Shown here: positions 37,081-48,876 of the stretch, in pieces
Numbering within the stretch: the stretch's first letter is position 1
How the letters are laid out: each line of letters starts with the position of its first letter
Source of the DNA: Podarcis muralis
Taxonomy: Eukaryota
Assembly (NCBI RefSeq): GCF_964188315.1
Contig: NC_135673.1
Location: 6,386,001-6,450,000 of the forward strand
Reading direction: 5' to 3'
Length of the DNA: 64,000 nt
The notes under the pieces: model-generated
The model's input: the letters and a program-made list of their open reading frames with translations, nothing else
Database searches by the model: none
What the model was told of the DNA's origin: nothing
Program-made: the position numbers and the translations under genes

Positions 37081-38680
37081 GCTCCTTATGCAGTAACACT
37101 GGTTTCCCTAGATGCCTCCCACTTTTCTTTCTTGTTGGAATTGTCTTCATTTGGGCCTTCAATATTTCTCCTTTTATAAACCCCCATCCTTCTTGGACTC
37201 CTTTCTCTTTGAGTATTTCTAACCATGGGATCACACCCAGTAGCTCCTTAAGCTTTTTGAAATTGGTCTTCTTAAAGTCCAGAGTGCATGTCCAACTACA
37301 CATAGTTTCCCATTGCCTATCATGAAACTAAGGAGAACATGATCACTTCCTCTCAAGTTTCTGAGTACTTCCATTTTGTCGATCAGTTCCTCCCTATTGG
37401 TGAGGACCAGCTCCAAGATAGACGAACTCCTCGTTGCTTCTTCCATCTCCTGGAATTGAAATTGTCAGTGAGGAGAAAAGGAGAAATAGAGAAAATTGTC
37501 GGCCCTTATACTGTATTCTTGGCAGAGTTTGAGTGCCAACACATATCAGGGAAGTTGAAGTCCCCCATGACTACTATATCCCTCCTTTTTGAATGTTTGG
37601 TAATCTGCTCTAATAAGGAATCATCCAAATTTTCAGTCTGGCTTGCCAGTCTATAGCAGGCAGCCACAGTAAGGTCACTGTTATTTCTCTTGCCTACAAT
37701 TTTTACCCTATAAACTCTCAATCTGCTTTCCATGCTCCAGGGAATGGATTTCTTCACAAGTGTACATATCCTTTACAAATGATGCTCCCTGCCTCTTTGG
37801 TCTATTCCTTTTGAACAGGTTATACCCCTCAATTCCTACATTCCAGTCCTGAGTCTCATACCATCAGGATTCAGTAATGCATGCCAGGTCAAATTTGACA
37901 TCCTTTACTAAAAGCTCCAATTTGTCTTGCTTGTTTCCCATACTCTGTGCATTTGTGTTAACACAATTCAAACCATGAGTCATTCCGAGCAGCTGCTTCC
38001 TTCCTATAGTTTGCTGCCCTTTAGCAGGTTTCTGGAGCACCACCTGTTTCCTGTGTATCAATGAAGCTATTATCCCCAGTGTCAGGTATTCTTCTGTTAT
38101 TTGTAATGTTGTCTCCCTCCCCCTCAAGATCTAGTTTAAAGCTCTCCTGATCAGGTTCTTGAGGCTCTTAGAAAACACATTCTTGTCAAACACTGTGAGG
38201 TGCAGCCTATCTCTTGCCAGAACTCCTTCCTTAAAGGAAGTGGAGAACATGACCCAAGAAGCCAAATCCTTCCTGACGACACCACCTGCACAGCCAGTGG
38301 TTTACCTCCAGTATTTTCCTCTCTCTTCCTGGGCCATGATCTTCAAGAGGAAGGGGTGGTGAAAATACTACCTGTGCCGCAAGTCTCTTTAGCTCGCTGC
38401 CCAGGGTTTCATCGTCTTTTGCTATGCATTGCAGGCTGTGTGTGGCAGTATTGTTTGTTTCCACATGAATCAGAAGGAAGCTGTAGTGGTCAGTGGGCTT
38501 TATAAGACTTGGCAACTTCTCTATCACATCATCAATCTTTGCACCCAGAAGACAGCACATCTCCTGTGACATCCTGTTTCCTCATCACACTACAGCCTCT
38601 GTTTCCCTCAGTAGGGCAGTGTTTCCCAACCGGTGTTCCGCGGCACAGTAGTGTGCCGCGAGATGTTGCCTGGTGTGCCG

Positions 38681-39085
38681 CTCCGGCAGCTCCTCTGCGG
38701 CGGCGGCTACAGCGGCAACCTCGGGCGGCTCCTGAGGCGGCGAAGGCGGCCCAGCGGCCGGAGGCGAAGACGGTTGCGGCTGCTCCCGACGCTCACCAGC
38801 GGCCTCCTCTTCCTCGCCGCTGCTGCTTCGCGGCTTCTCCTCCTCTGCCTCCTCCTTCTCCTCGCCGCCGCCTTTTTCGGGCTCCGGCTCCTTCTTCCCC
38901 TCAGGCTCCTCCGCGGAAGGCCCGTCCGGCAGCTCGGCCTCCGAGTCGCCGCTGCTGCCGCCGCCGCCGCCTCTTTTTCCTCCGCTACCGCCGCCGGGCT
39001 CTCCTCCTCCTCCGGGCCCCTCGTCCTGGGCGGGCAGAGCGGCGGGGGTCTCGGCGGCCGCCGGGCTCTCCTGGGTCTCCTGCAT
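38681..39085 (-). pseudogene. Captured 5' coding fragment of an unidentified host gene (acidic, Pro/Gly/Ala-rich N-terminus)
   Basis: Uninterrupted MQETQESPAAAETPAALPAQDEGPGGGGEPGG...AAAAEELPE; CpG-rich; ends abruptly at the hAT left end. Confidence 0.7.
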
Positions 39086-39400
39086 GGGGGGCTACGCGGC
39101 CTTCCCGCTCGCCTTACACGCGCGGCACACGAACAGGCAAGGCGGCGCGCTGGGCCGAAAAGGGGGAGGGAGGGGGCACAGAGCGCGCAGGCGCACGCAC
39201 AGGGGAGGCGCCCTCTCACCGGGCTATGTGCACGAGAGCGGACCCGGCGGCGAGTCTCACGAGAGGGGCAGGGACCAACTCGGCAGACGAGAGGGGGAAG
39301 GAACGGATTCCAAAACCGGTGGCTTGCCACGTTGTATATGTTAATTTCCTATGTTAATGGGCTAGGACAGGGTTTGCGATCGGTTAACGCCCAGTTATGC
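39086..39400 (-). promoter_or_regulatory. Captured CpG-island promoter and 5' UTR-like sequence
   Basis: NRF1-like GCGCAGGCGC at 39185-39194; TCTCACGAGA at 39255-39264 (one change from TCTCGCGAGA); G-rich boxes; upstream of the cargo ATG. Confidence 0.55.
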
Positions 39401-40559
39401 TTTCCCCCTAGGAATTAGGCATTTCGGTCTTGAGGTACGCTCGCTTCACACCCCACTTGGAGGTTCCCCGGCAAGGGGGAGGGAAAAAAATTGAAAGTTA
39501 CACTTTCGTGCGTCCCTCCCGGCGTGACGCTGCGCGCTGACGTCACGGGGCTGTAATGGTGGTGTGCCTCGAGATTTTTTTCATCAAACAAGTGTGCCTT
39601 TGCCAAAAAAAGGTTGGGAAACACTGCAGTAGGGAGTCACCTATCACCTCCACATCTCTTTCTCCTCTGGGGAGTGGCAGAATCATTCTATGGGCTGTGC
39701 CTTCCAAAGCCTGCTTGGAGTGTTCTGGGATCTGCATCCATTGTTCTTGAGTCTTCCCCTCTTGTTAATTGGAGCTTATTTTGATATTGTTGGGATAAGC
39801 TACAAAGACAGGAACCTTATGGTTTGAGTACTCCTTCCTCTCAGTTTGACACCTCCAGGCTGCAATTCCCTTTCCCGAGTATCTTCTCCATGGAAGGTAG
39901 TACATTATTACCACACTCATCCACGATCAGGAGCCTTGGATCTGAAGTGGTTAGATCAAAAATGGAAAAAGACTCCTTCAAGTCCTTCTCCTCCTGTCTT
40001 CTTTCTCCTCTGGGGGGTGGCAGTAATCATTCCATGCACTGTATGTTCCACAGCCCCCTTGGTGTCTTCTGAGGTTGGCAACTGCTGTCCTAGCTCCTCT
40101 GGCTGAGAATTGGTGCCCAAGGTAAGAGCATGAAAGCAATTTTGCAACTCTAACGACAAAACGTGGCTTGCAACTATTCTACTTCTGTGTGTCACATTCC
40201 TCCAGAGGTTAGTCTCTTGCAATGGGTGATCTTCCTTGTTCCTGGGGACACCCCATCTATCTTGCTGTTCCACAGCCAACTCAGTTCTATCAAGAAATTC
40301 TGCATGTTGTCCTGTAGCTTGAGGTGTGGCTAGGCAGGCCTCAAGTTTGTTGCACCTTCTCTTCTAGCAGGACAGCCAGCTTGCACTTGCTACAAGTGTA
40401 CTGTTTCTTGTTCTCTGGCAGGAAGACAAACATGGCAAAGTGTTGCAGGTTAATGAAGCAGTTCCATCACCCTCCATGTCTCTTGGTCCTGTGCACACCA
40501 TGAGTCAGAACCCTGGGCCTCCCCCTTAAACTCCCCAACTAAACACCCCTGTTTATGAA

Positions 40560-41014
40560 AAAACAAAAAAAATTCCTTCCAGTAGCACCTTAAAGACCAA
40601 CTAAGTTAGTTCTTGGTATGAGCTTTCGTGTGCATGCACACTTCTTCAGATACACTGAAACAGAAGTTGCCAGATCCTTCTATATAGTGAGAAGGTGGGG
40701 AGGGGTATTACTCAGAAGGGTGGTGGGAATGGGTGATTGGCAGATAGCTGAGATGAGCCTGTTGACGACTCTTGACGACTGCAATAGGTCTTACAGGAAA
40801 AAGCAAGGGGTGAGAAGGTGAAAAATGGCTTTGTCATGTATAATGAGATAAGAATCCAATGTCTTTGTTCAGACCAGGTCTCTCCATGGTTTTAAGTTTG
40901 GTAATGAGTTGCAATTCAGCAGCTTCTCTTTCCAGTCTATTTCTGAAATTCCTTTGTAGTAAAACAGCTACTTTGAGATCTTGTATAGAATGTCCTGGGA
41001 GATTGAAGTGTTCT
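40560..41014 (-). mobile_element. Penelope-like element 3' end (GIY-YIG C-terminus and terminal repeat)
   Basis: Minus-strand EHFNLPGHSIQDLKVAVLLQRNFRNRLEREAAELQLITKL; 12-bp TSD CCTGTTTATGAA at 40548-40559 and 41015-41026. Confidence 0.92.
40616..40653 (-). ncRNA. Minimal type I hammerhead ribozyme motif
   Basis: GUAU CUGAAGA A GUGUGC AU GCACAC GAAA GC UC AUAC: conserved core, 6-bp stem II, 4-bp stem I. Confidence 0.8.
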
Positions 41015-41058
41015 CCTGTTTATGAAGCCTGTTTGTGAGCTCTGGTCATGAGCTCACC

Positions 41059-41309
41059 AGAAGAAGAAGAAGAGTTTCGATTTGATATCCCGCTTTATCA
41101 CTCCCCTTCAGGAGTCTCAAAGCGGCTAACATTCTCCTTTCCCTTCCTCCCCACAACAAACACTCTGTGAGGTGAGTGGGGCTGAGAGATTTCAAAGAAG
41201 TGTGACTAGCCCAAGGTCACCCAGCAGCTGCATGTGGAGGAGCGGAGACGCGAACCCGGTTCCCCAGATTACGAGTCTACCACTCTCAACCACTACACCA
41301 CACTGGCTC
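41059..41309 (-). mobile_element. tRNA-derived squamate SINE
   Basis: Full head GAGCCAGTGTGGTGTAGTGGTTGAGAG on minus; (TCT)n tail; same family as 24921-25168. Confidence 0.9.
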
Positions 41310-42122
41310 AGAATCTGTGGTGAGCGAAGTTTGACTGTTGCTGTCTGCTAACTCCTCCCTCAGCTCACTTCCTCATTCAGCCTGGCTTCCTCTCAGCTGT
41401 AACTCCTCCCCCTCAGATCCTGTGCTTCAGCAGCACAATCAGATACACCCTCTGGCCTGCAATGAAAGAGATGTAATCAAGAAAAGTAATAAATTCTCTA
41501 GCAAAGCACTCTGTCACTCCCTGAGGCCTGCTATCAATCTGTCAAACCTTTAAACAGCTAAAGCAAGCAAGCAAGTAAGCAGCCTTACTCCAAAAGAGCT
41601 CACTCTCTTCAGTCTTCAGCAATCCTCACCCCTGTTTGTGAGCTCTGTTTGCGAGCTCCCATAATCTGACAATAACTTGCCATCCTGCTTGTTCAGAATC
41701 TTCATCCTCCATGCTATCCTCCACCAACTGAGCAGCAGGTTGATCTCCATTTCAGTGGAGACCTCAGGTTGTTTCAATACCTTTTTAGCCTCTGTGTGGA
41801 AGGTAGCTATCATGGTTTTTTTCACCGTGGAAAGTTTGAAGTAGAACCCTCACTTATGTAATAATATTCCTGCATTTTGAAAGAGCATTGTGTATGGTTT
41901 AAAATCCAGTCTTCACTGCAGCATGTCCAGTCTCTCAAATCTTGAAAGAATAGGACTTTTCCCACATAGGTAGAGTGGTAGAGCTGCATAAGTTTATTTT
42001 TTTGACAGAAAAGCATATGAACCATACTATGATGCCTTGGGGGTTCTCTTTCTTGCTTTGGTTTCAGGCGTAAGGCTCAGCATGCCTGTTCAGTCTTGCA
42101 TTTGTAAGTTTGCTGTTGGGAA

Positions 42123-42473
42123 CAGTGGTGGAACATGCTTTAATGGTGCCTGGGGGGCATGCACATGCCGGGGGGGGACTCAAGAGGGCAAAAGGAACCC
42201 ACAATGCACCAGCCCAGCCCTCATTGCCAATGCCAATAGAGAGACACCAGCCCTGAGCCACTTTGTGAGGATTTTTAGAATGATCCCAGCCTCGCAAAGC
42301 AGCACAGGGCCCTGCGCTGGTTTGTGAGGCTGGAATCTGTTCAGTTCCCAATCTCACAAACCGGCCTGGGCAGGGCAGCATGAGAAGGGCACAAAGGGAG
42401 CAGCACTCCCCACCCCCCAGAAAATGCACCTGGGGTGACTGCCCCAGCAGCTGCCCCCCATACTACACCCCTA
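42123..42473. mobile_element. hAT MITE
   Basis: TSD GTTGGGAA at 42115-42122 and 42474-42481; degenerate TIRs. Confidence 0.78.
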
Positions 42474-42481
42474 GTTGGGAA

Positions 42482-42945
42482 GGTGCTATTCATCCATTCC
42501 GCAAATGCTGTTGTTAGGCTCCTTTCTCCAAATTCCTCTGAAATTTTGCAGGTCCTCAGATTTACATGTCTCTCTCTGTCTTGAATGCCCGCTACTTGCA
42601 GTTTGAATTCTGCTTGCATTCATTTCATTTGTTTACATGCAGTGCTATTTTTAATACTTTGAATGCCCTATTAGCTGTTTGGATTAAGTCTGCCAGTGTT
42701 GCTAAAGCTTCTGCTGCTTCATCTTTTAGAGGCTGTACTTGGAACATGTCAATTCTATGTTGAAGTACTAAGCTAGCAAAAGTCCCATATTCTTCTTGTG
42801 ATTTTTCTTGTCCTCCTTGCTGAGGTATGGGGGCTATATTGTCCATTTGTGTTAGCAGAACTATCTGAGTCCACAGATCAGAGAAAAGAGTATAACCCCA
42901 ATGTGTCTCCAATTGCTTTGTCAGTTTCAGGCTGGCATGGGAATC
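42482..42945 (-). mobile_element. L1 ORF1 fragment
   Basis: Coiled-coil-like stretch then IQDRERHVNLRTCKISEE (cf. ENRSRRNNLRIxGIPE). Confidence 0.6.
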
Positions 42946-42953
42946 TACCTGAC

Positions 42954-43292
42954 CAGGGGCATAGCAAGCGAGGTGCGGTAGGTCTGGTCTACCCCGGGTG
43001 TCCCCACTGAGGGGGGTGACAAAATGCCGGGCGGCACTCACCGTGCGGACCTGCAGTGCGCCCGAGCCACACATCTCTCCTGGGAGTGACGTGGTGGCTT
43101 GAGCGCCCGCAGGCTGTGCACTGCCCCAAACAGTTCACCTGTTGCCTCCCCCTCAGCTGTAGGGCGGCTGAGTGGGAGGAGGCAGGCAGACTCCTCGGAG
43201 GCCTTGCAGTGCCCCCATGGGCAGCTGGCTCCGCCCCTGGGCACAGGGCACATGCGCCGCCCCAGGTGCCCGATGGGCTTGCTCCGCTGCTG
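42954..43292. mobile_element. hAT MITE
   Basis: TSD TACCTGAC / TACCTGAT at 42946-42953 and 43293-43300; TIRs CAGGGGCATAGC / GCTCCGCTGCTG. Confidence 0.8.
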
Positions 43293-44219
43293 TACCTGAT
43301 CACTGTCTTTCATTCAAATTGGTGTGCATGGTAGGGCTGCAGGTTCAGTAGAGGCCCCGCCACTCAATTAAACCCTGCTGGATATTGGCCAGGGTTTGGA
43401 TTGTACCCTTAATCTGTGGAGATGCTTATACCTAATCAATTTTCTGCTTTATTTTTCATCGCTTCTGGACACTAGCAATAGTTTTAAATTGGGGTGGGTG
43501 GGGGTTGGTGCAGATCTGTGAATTTTAACGTTAGCCCTCCTGAACACCTTGGCATCTGGAGGAGGCAAACGTAATATATCTCTTCAGGAACCATCTGTTT
43601 CTGAGTCTTCTTTTGAAGATCCTGTCTACATTTCATGCCCTAGCATGGAGAACTAGTTATTTCTGTTCTGCTGTAGGCTGCTCTCCTTTAGATAGCTGAT
43701 AGATCCTTCATGTCCAAGAATTCCAGAGAAATCCAAGCATGAATTAAAAAGAAATTGCTCCTCTACCAATAGCTGGGCACTTTCTCCTTCAGAGGGCAGG
43801 AGGTTGGTGTTTGTATGCATCTATCATGAAATCAGTGCTGATGGATTTTCCAAGCTGCTACGAAAGCAGACAAAATGACTGAGCAAGCAGTGACTGGGAA
43901 GACCTCCTGCCACTTTCATATTAAAGCCTGCTTTGCAAGCACAAACCTCCAACTGGCATAGCACAGCTCAACATAAGCCATCACAGTAACCCTGCCCCCG
44001 ACACCTTGTATTCTCCTACCCTAGATAAGCAAAAGGCTGATCAACAATTCAGCCCCCTACCCAGTTTTTCCCACCACCAAATATAAACAAGCAAATGTCA
44101 TGCAATAGTAAAGGAAAACAATAAGCCAGAGCAGAAAGGAATTTTGTGAGAGAGAGGAGAGAAGGGATATGATCCTCCAGCAAATGATTATAGCCTGAAT
44201 TTGCTTGCAAGTATTTAAA

Positions 44220-44380
44220 CATTTTAATTTATTTATGCCATTTATATTCCACCTTTCCTCCAACGAGTTCAAGGGGTTGTAACTGATTCTCCCTTTGCTA
44301 TCTCCACAACAACCCTATGAGGTAGGTTTAGGCTTGGAGAAATAACTGGTCCAAGATCAGTTGGAATGTTTCTGCAAGGA
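44220..44380 (-). mobile_element. Old MIR/CORE-like SINE fragment
   Basis: ATCTCCACAACAACCCTATGAGGTAGG core and AT-rich tail. Confidence 0.5.
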
Positions 44381-44399
44381 TGACCAAAATATATATATT

Positions 44400-44694
44400 A
44401 AAAAAACGGGTCTGGAAACCAAACCTTATGAGGAATGGTTGAGGCAGCTGGGTATATTTGCCTGGAGAAGAGAAGACTGAGAAGTGATATGATAGCCATT
44501 TTCAAATACCTAAAGGGCTGTCCCAAGGAAGATGGAGGAAGCTTTTATGCTGCTCCAGAGGATGGGACCCAAACCAATTGGTTCAAATTACATAAAAGAA
44601 GATTCCAGCTAAACATTGGGAATAACTTTCTTTTGGTAAGAGCTGTTCAACAGTGGAATGGGCTCCCTCAGAAGGTGGTGGACTCTCCTTCATT
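44400..44694 (+). mobile_element. CR1 3' fragment
   Basis: CLEKRRLRSDMIAIFKYLKGC...FQLNIGNNFL. Confidence 0.9.
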
Positions 44695-44977
44695 AAAGGT
44701 AAAGGTAAAGGTACCCCTGCCCGTACGGGCCAGTCTTGACAGACTCTAGGGTTGTGCGCCCATCTCACTCTAGAGGCCGGGGGCCAGCGCTGTCCGAAGA
44801 CACTTCCGGGTCACGTGGCCAGCGTGACAAAGCTGCATCTGGCGAGCCAGCGCAGCACACGGAACGCCGTTTACCTTCCCGCTAGAAAGCGGTCCCTATT
44901 TATCTACTTGCACCCGGGGGTACTTTCGAACTGCTAGGTTGGCAGGCGCTGGGACCGAACAACGGGAGCGCACCCCG
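44695..44977 (-). mobile_element. Sauria SINE, 5' end missing
   Basis: (ACCTTT)n tail on minus; body GACACTTCCGGGTCACGTGGCCAGCGTGAC. Confidence 0.92.
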
Positions 44978-47900
44978 TTTGGAATTTTCCGCCTGGCTGG
45001 GTCTTTGTGTCATCGCCAGCCTTGTGCTCGTGGAGCAGCCCCACTTGCTGCTTGCTCTCCTGGAGGCTGCCGCTTGCTGGAATGCATCTGCTTCCTCCCG
45101 AGGGCTTTCCCTCTCCCAAGCTGTGGGCTTCCCCAACGCAGGGCTGCTGATATCAGAGCTGAAATCATTGGGGCTTCTCTTCACTCAGCGTCCTGCTTTG
45201 GGATCATTCCTGCTTCCGCAGCGGTTGTTTAACAGGGTCCAAAACAACCCTTTGAGCTGAAATCACTGGGTGGGTGGGGGGTCCCTTTTTCCTTTCCAGC
45301 GTCTTTTCTCTCGCCACCGGCTTCGGCTGCTGTCGAAGCTCATACCCGCCATTTAAATCAGCCACTCGCCAATGCCTAGAGTCCCTTTTCCTGCTGGGGA
45401 CCTTCCCGCCTTCCCGCTGCAGCCTAGGAGCGTCTTAGGGCATACGAGGAATTTCGCGTACTGAAGGCAGGGGTAACGTATTAAGGCTGAGTCACGGTTT
45501 GGGTTTTTTCCTGCTGGTTGGTGTGTGTGAGTGGGGGAGGCTTCCAAAAAGGGGCAAAAAACAGTGGTTTGGGTAGGGAGAGCTGTGTACGGTTGCCTGG
45601 GTTACTACGGCTCGGCACCACCATCTTAAAAGAGACCACGTGGCAGAGCGGCAGTGGCCATCTTAGGTGAGGCACTCTTCAGCCTCACAAACTGTGACTT
45701 TGTGTTGGAGTTTGGGTAGTTACATTGTTCGTTTTACTGGGGCAATTTTTTCTGTTCGCTGTCTTAACGGAGGGTGGTTTGATTCTTTTGCTGAGATTAA
45801 AGTGACCAGTGCATTGCCATAATCGAAGTGCCTTGTGCGGTGCCATAAAGTGCCTAGTGGCTTGTTTACAAAGTGCATACGTGCGGGGATAGAACATCCT
45901 TTTTACTGCTTGAACGGAACATCCTTATGGGTGTAATTTAAAGTGCTTAACTGGTAAATAAGGAATTTGACTTTTAAATGCATGGTAGCTGGATTTAAAG
46001 TGTCTTTGTGCCTTGAATCTAAAGGGTTTGTGGCGTAATTCGTGGTTATAAAAAGTAGAGCACAGATACAAACAAGGCGTGCTCTCCAGGGCAGCCTGTA
46101 ATTTGGTGTTATTACATCGGCTTGGGGTGGGGATAAATAAATAAATAAATCTTAAGCTGGGGGGGATAAATAAATGAATAAATAACTTAGATATATTTGG
46201 CAGTGGTGATTTGGATCTAGGGCGGCATTTTGATGAGGGGTCACTATTTGGTGGATAGATAAATAAACTGTAAAATAGATAGCACAACTCCAAGCGGGCA
46301 GCTATTTGGGGTACTACCAACTTGTGTGTAATCGGGATTCCGCCTGTGGACTAGATTGAGCTGTTTTGGGTTGCTGCAGAAGCAATACTGAACTGGCGTA
46401 GCTGTAACCATAAGGTCCCTTAGTCAGTGCAAACAATACTGAGCTAGACCGACGGGATCCCTTGTGCTTAGTTAGGTCTGTGTTAGCAATACTGAACTAG
46501 GGATCAATTCTAAGTATAGTGCGCCAATTAGGCCTGCGCCCGAATTGCATGCATTGCCGCGGGTTCTGCGTAAAGTAGCATGGCGTCCCGGGCAATCAAC
46601 AGCCCCCCTCTCCTAATGGATGTGGGTCTGGCACATGGGGGGGGGTCTCAAATGCCTGGTATGCCTTGCAACCCTCAGGTTTTCGCCCAGTTCTTTTCTG
46701 CCTTTGAGACATTTTATCTCCAGTGTATGCCAATGGGCGCTGGGGCCCCCACACCAGTAGTGAGTACCCAGGATTGCATCCCAGACACCCTCCCCAGCAA
46801 CCAGGAGCACCCCGGTACCTCAGGTTTTGGTGCTGCACAACCTGGCAGTAGTTCAGCCCACCACCCCCTCATGCATTCTCAGTCCTCGCGTTAAAAAAAG
46901 TTGGCACCCGCTTCCGTGAGTGGTAGGGTACACCATGGCAGACCTAACCGTTCTTCTTCACAGCAGGACGTAGATGTTCCTAGTATATTCCAGGAGCTGC
47001 CACTTCAGCCTACATCCACAGAAGGTGGATCTGGTGCTTCTTTGGAGGAGGAGGTACAAGGGCATCAAGAAACATCCACGGCCACTGACTCGGTTCCAGT
47101 CAACAGTGAGGAGCATGGGGGAAAGAGAAAGGCGAAGAAGAAGCACGTGGCGAAGAAGAGTAAAAGGAGTAAGCATTCCAACACCAAGGATGAATAAGGT
47201 ACTTCTTCGGCAGATTCAGATAGCGATGCCCCATTGGACGGGTACTGGGGCCTGGGCGAGGAAAGTTGTGAGCTCCCTTTATGGGTACATGAGAGGAGGA
47301 CTAATTCCCATCATAAAACATTTAACAGGTCTCTGGAATGGAAAGCAGGTGCCTTAGCGGAAGACGTGAAAACTTCCACTCATCTATCCACTAATGTTAT
47401 TCTGGGAAATCATCTCTCCCAGAGGAAAAGGGCTAAGATCCTTAATGGTGACTATGTGGGTATCTTTACTTTGTTGCCACCGACAAAGATCTCTGGAAAA
47501 GGGGGAAAGAAGCGTTCCTACAGTAAACGGAAGTATAAGACAACTCGGGCAGAACACACTTTTGAGAACTGGGTGGATGGGTTCCAGGTCTTCATGGGTG
47601 TGGTTTGTGCTGCTTACGCCAAGCGCGCCATGCATTTAATTGCTTATATGTCTCATGTGAGAAGGGCTTTTGCACTAGCTGGGGAAGCAGCCGCACTAAC
47701 GTATGATGATTTCTGTAGGAATTCTTCCTTGCTGCCTACCACCCACTGGGACCTGAGGGACCAGAATTATTGCATGGAACTTGTGGGCCCTTATATGGAA
47801 AAGAAACCTCAGGATCCATCCAAATTCAGAAAGGTCGATTCAAAACGTCGAAGGCAGTGCTGGGGGTATAATGGGGGGGGGTGTATGAGGCCAAACTGTA

Positions 47901-48262
47901 AGTACTTACATGAACGTGAAAAGTGCCTATGCAGCCACCCGCCTTCAGCATGTTTCAAAGGAAAACAGCCCTTTTGGGGTGGCAGGGGGCACTTCAACGA
48001 GGGTGCAAGGGGTGCCCCAGGACCCACCCAGGGTCCAGCCAGAAACCGCTATTAATTTGACCCTTGATTTGGCCTTCTCACCGATTAAGCTCCAGCCTCT
48101 AAAAACACTTCTTGACCTGTACCCAAACAAGCTGCAAATATCCGTGGGAAAGGTTTTCCCTCGGTTTCAGGATTCCCGTGTCATTCCCACGTAATTCAGG
48201 GGACTCCCCGAATAAAAAATCTGTAAAGGCAATGCCAGATATTGCAAAAAAGAAAAAAAAAA
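44978..48262 (+). mobile_element. DIRS/Ngaro-type tyrosine-recombinase retrotransposon, 5' part (gag-like ORF and start of pol)
   Basis: ORF 47234-48055 with FENWVDGF..F and CWGYNGGGCMRPNCKYLHE..C...HP...C; then FSPIKLQPL...FSLGFRIP; 5' boundary uncertain. Confidence 0.8.
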
Positions 48263-48640
48263 TGGCTTCATATATTATCATTTTTGTAGAGACTGCGAAG
48301 CCATTATTCCTTTGATTTGTGATCCATTCTTTCATGGCAATGTCCATCTGTGGCCACTTTGCAGCATTTCCACGAAAAGTGTGCTTACTTTTATCTGCTT
48401 TTTGAAGCTGATCCTTCTGTTTCCTCCACTGTCTTATCATTTTTTCAGTTGGTGGTGGTCCAAAATGTCTCTCTGCTGCTCTGTTTCCATGCTCCTTAGC
48501 ATATTTTACTACCTCTAGTTTAAAAGGAATCTTATATGCTAGTCTTTTCTGCTTTATCATCCTTATCAGAATGGGGGAGGTTTTCTGCAAGAAAATACAG
48601 TGATTAAGGAACTGTCAGTAATTTACAGTACAGTATCTCC
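48263..48640 (-). mobile_element. pogo/Tc2 transposase N-terminus (Brinker-type DBD and CENP-B HTH; POGK-like)
   Basis: KRLAYKIPFKLEVVKYAKEHGNRAAERHFG...IRQWRKQ...KWPQMD...WITNQRNNGFAVST. Confidence 0.9.
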
Positions 48641-48720
48641 AATGTTTACCAATGATCGCTTAACTGCCACCCCCCCAATATTTTATTCAAATTGGAAGAG
48701 GGAGGGAGGGAAGGAAGGGA

Positions 48721-48873
48721 GAGGGAGAGCTCAACCTGTGGGTCCCCAGATGTTGTTGGACTACAGCTCCTATCATTCCTCAACTCCCATCTTCCCTGAG
48801 CTCTGGCCTTGCTACCTAGGGGTGATGGGAATTGTAGTTCAACATCTGGGGACCCACAGGTTGAGAAAGGCTG
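48721..48873. mobile_element. Palindromic hAT-type MITE
   Basis: Arms CTCAACCTGTGGGTCCCCAGATGTTG / CAACATCTGGGGACCCACAGGTTGAG. Confidence 0.8.
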
Positions 48874-48876
48874 AAT

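Larger units (their letters stand above)
38617..39626. mobile_element. Non-autonomous hAT element carrying GC-rich host-like cargo (Pack-hAT)
   Basis: Perfect 15-bp TIRs CAGTGTTTCCCAACC / GGTTGGGAAACACTG; perfect 8-bp TSD CAGTAGGG at 38609-38616 and 39627-39634. Confidence 0.95.
35457..40547 (-). mobile_element. Nearly full-length CR1 (ORF1 zinc finger and esterase; ORF2 endonuclease and RT; internal deletion)
   Basis: ORF1 AMFVFLPENKKQYTCSKCKL (40.4 kb) and VIGDS|LLRETE esterase motif split by the hAT; CVNTNAQSMGNK endonuclease (37.95 kb); AVDVVYHDFSKAFDKV and FADD RT; tail at 35457; 5' UTR may extend to about 41660. Confidence 0.9.
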
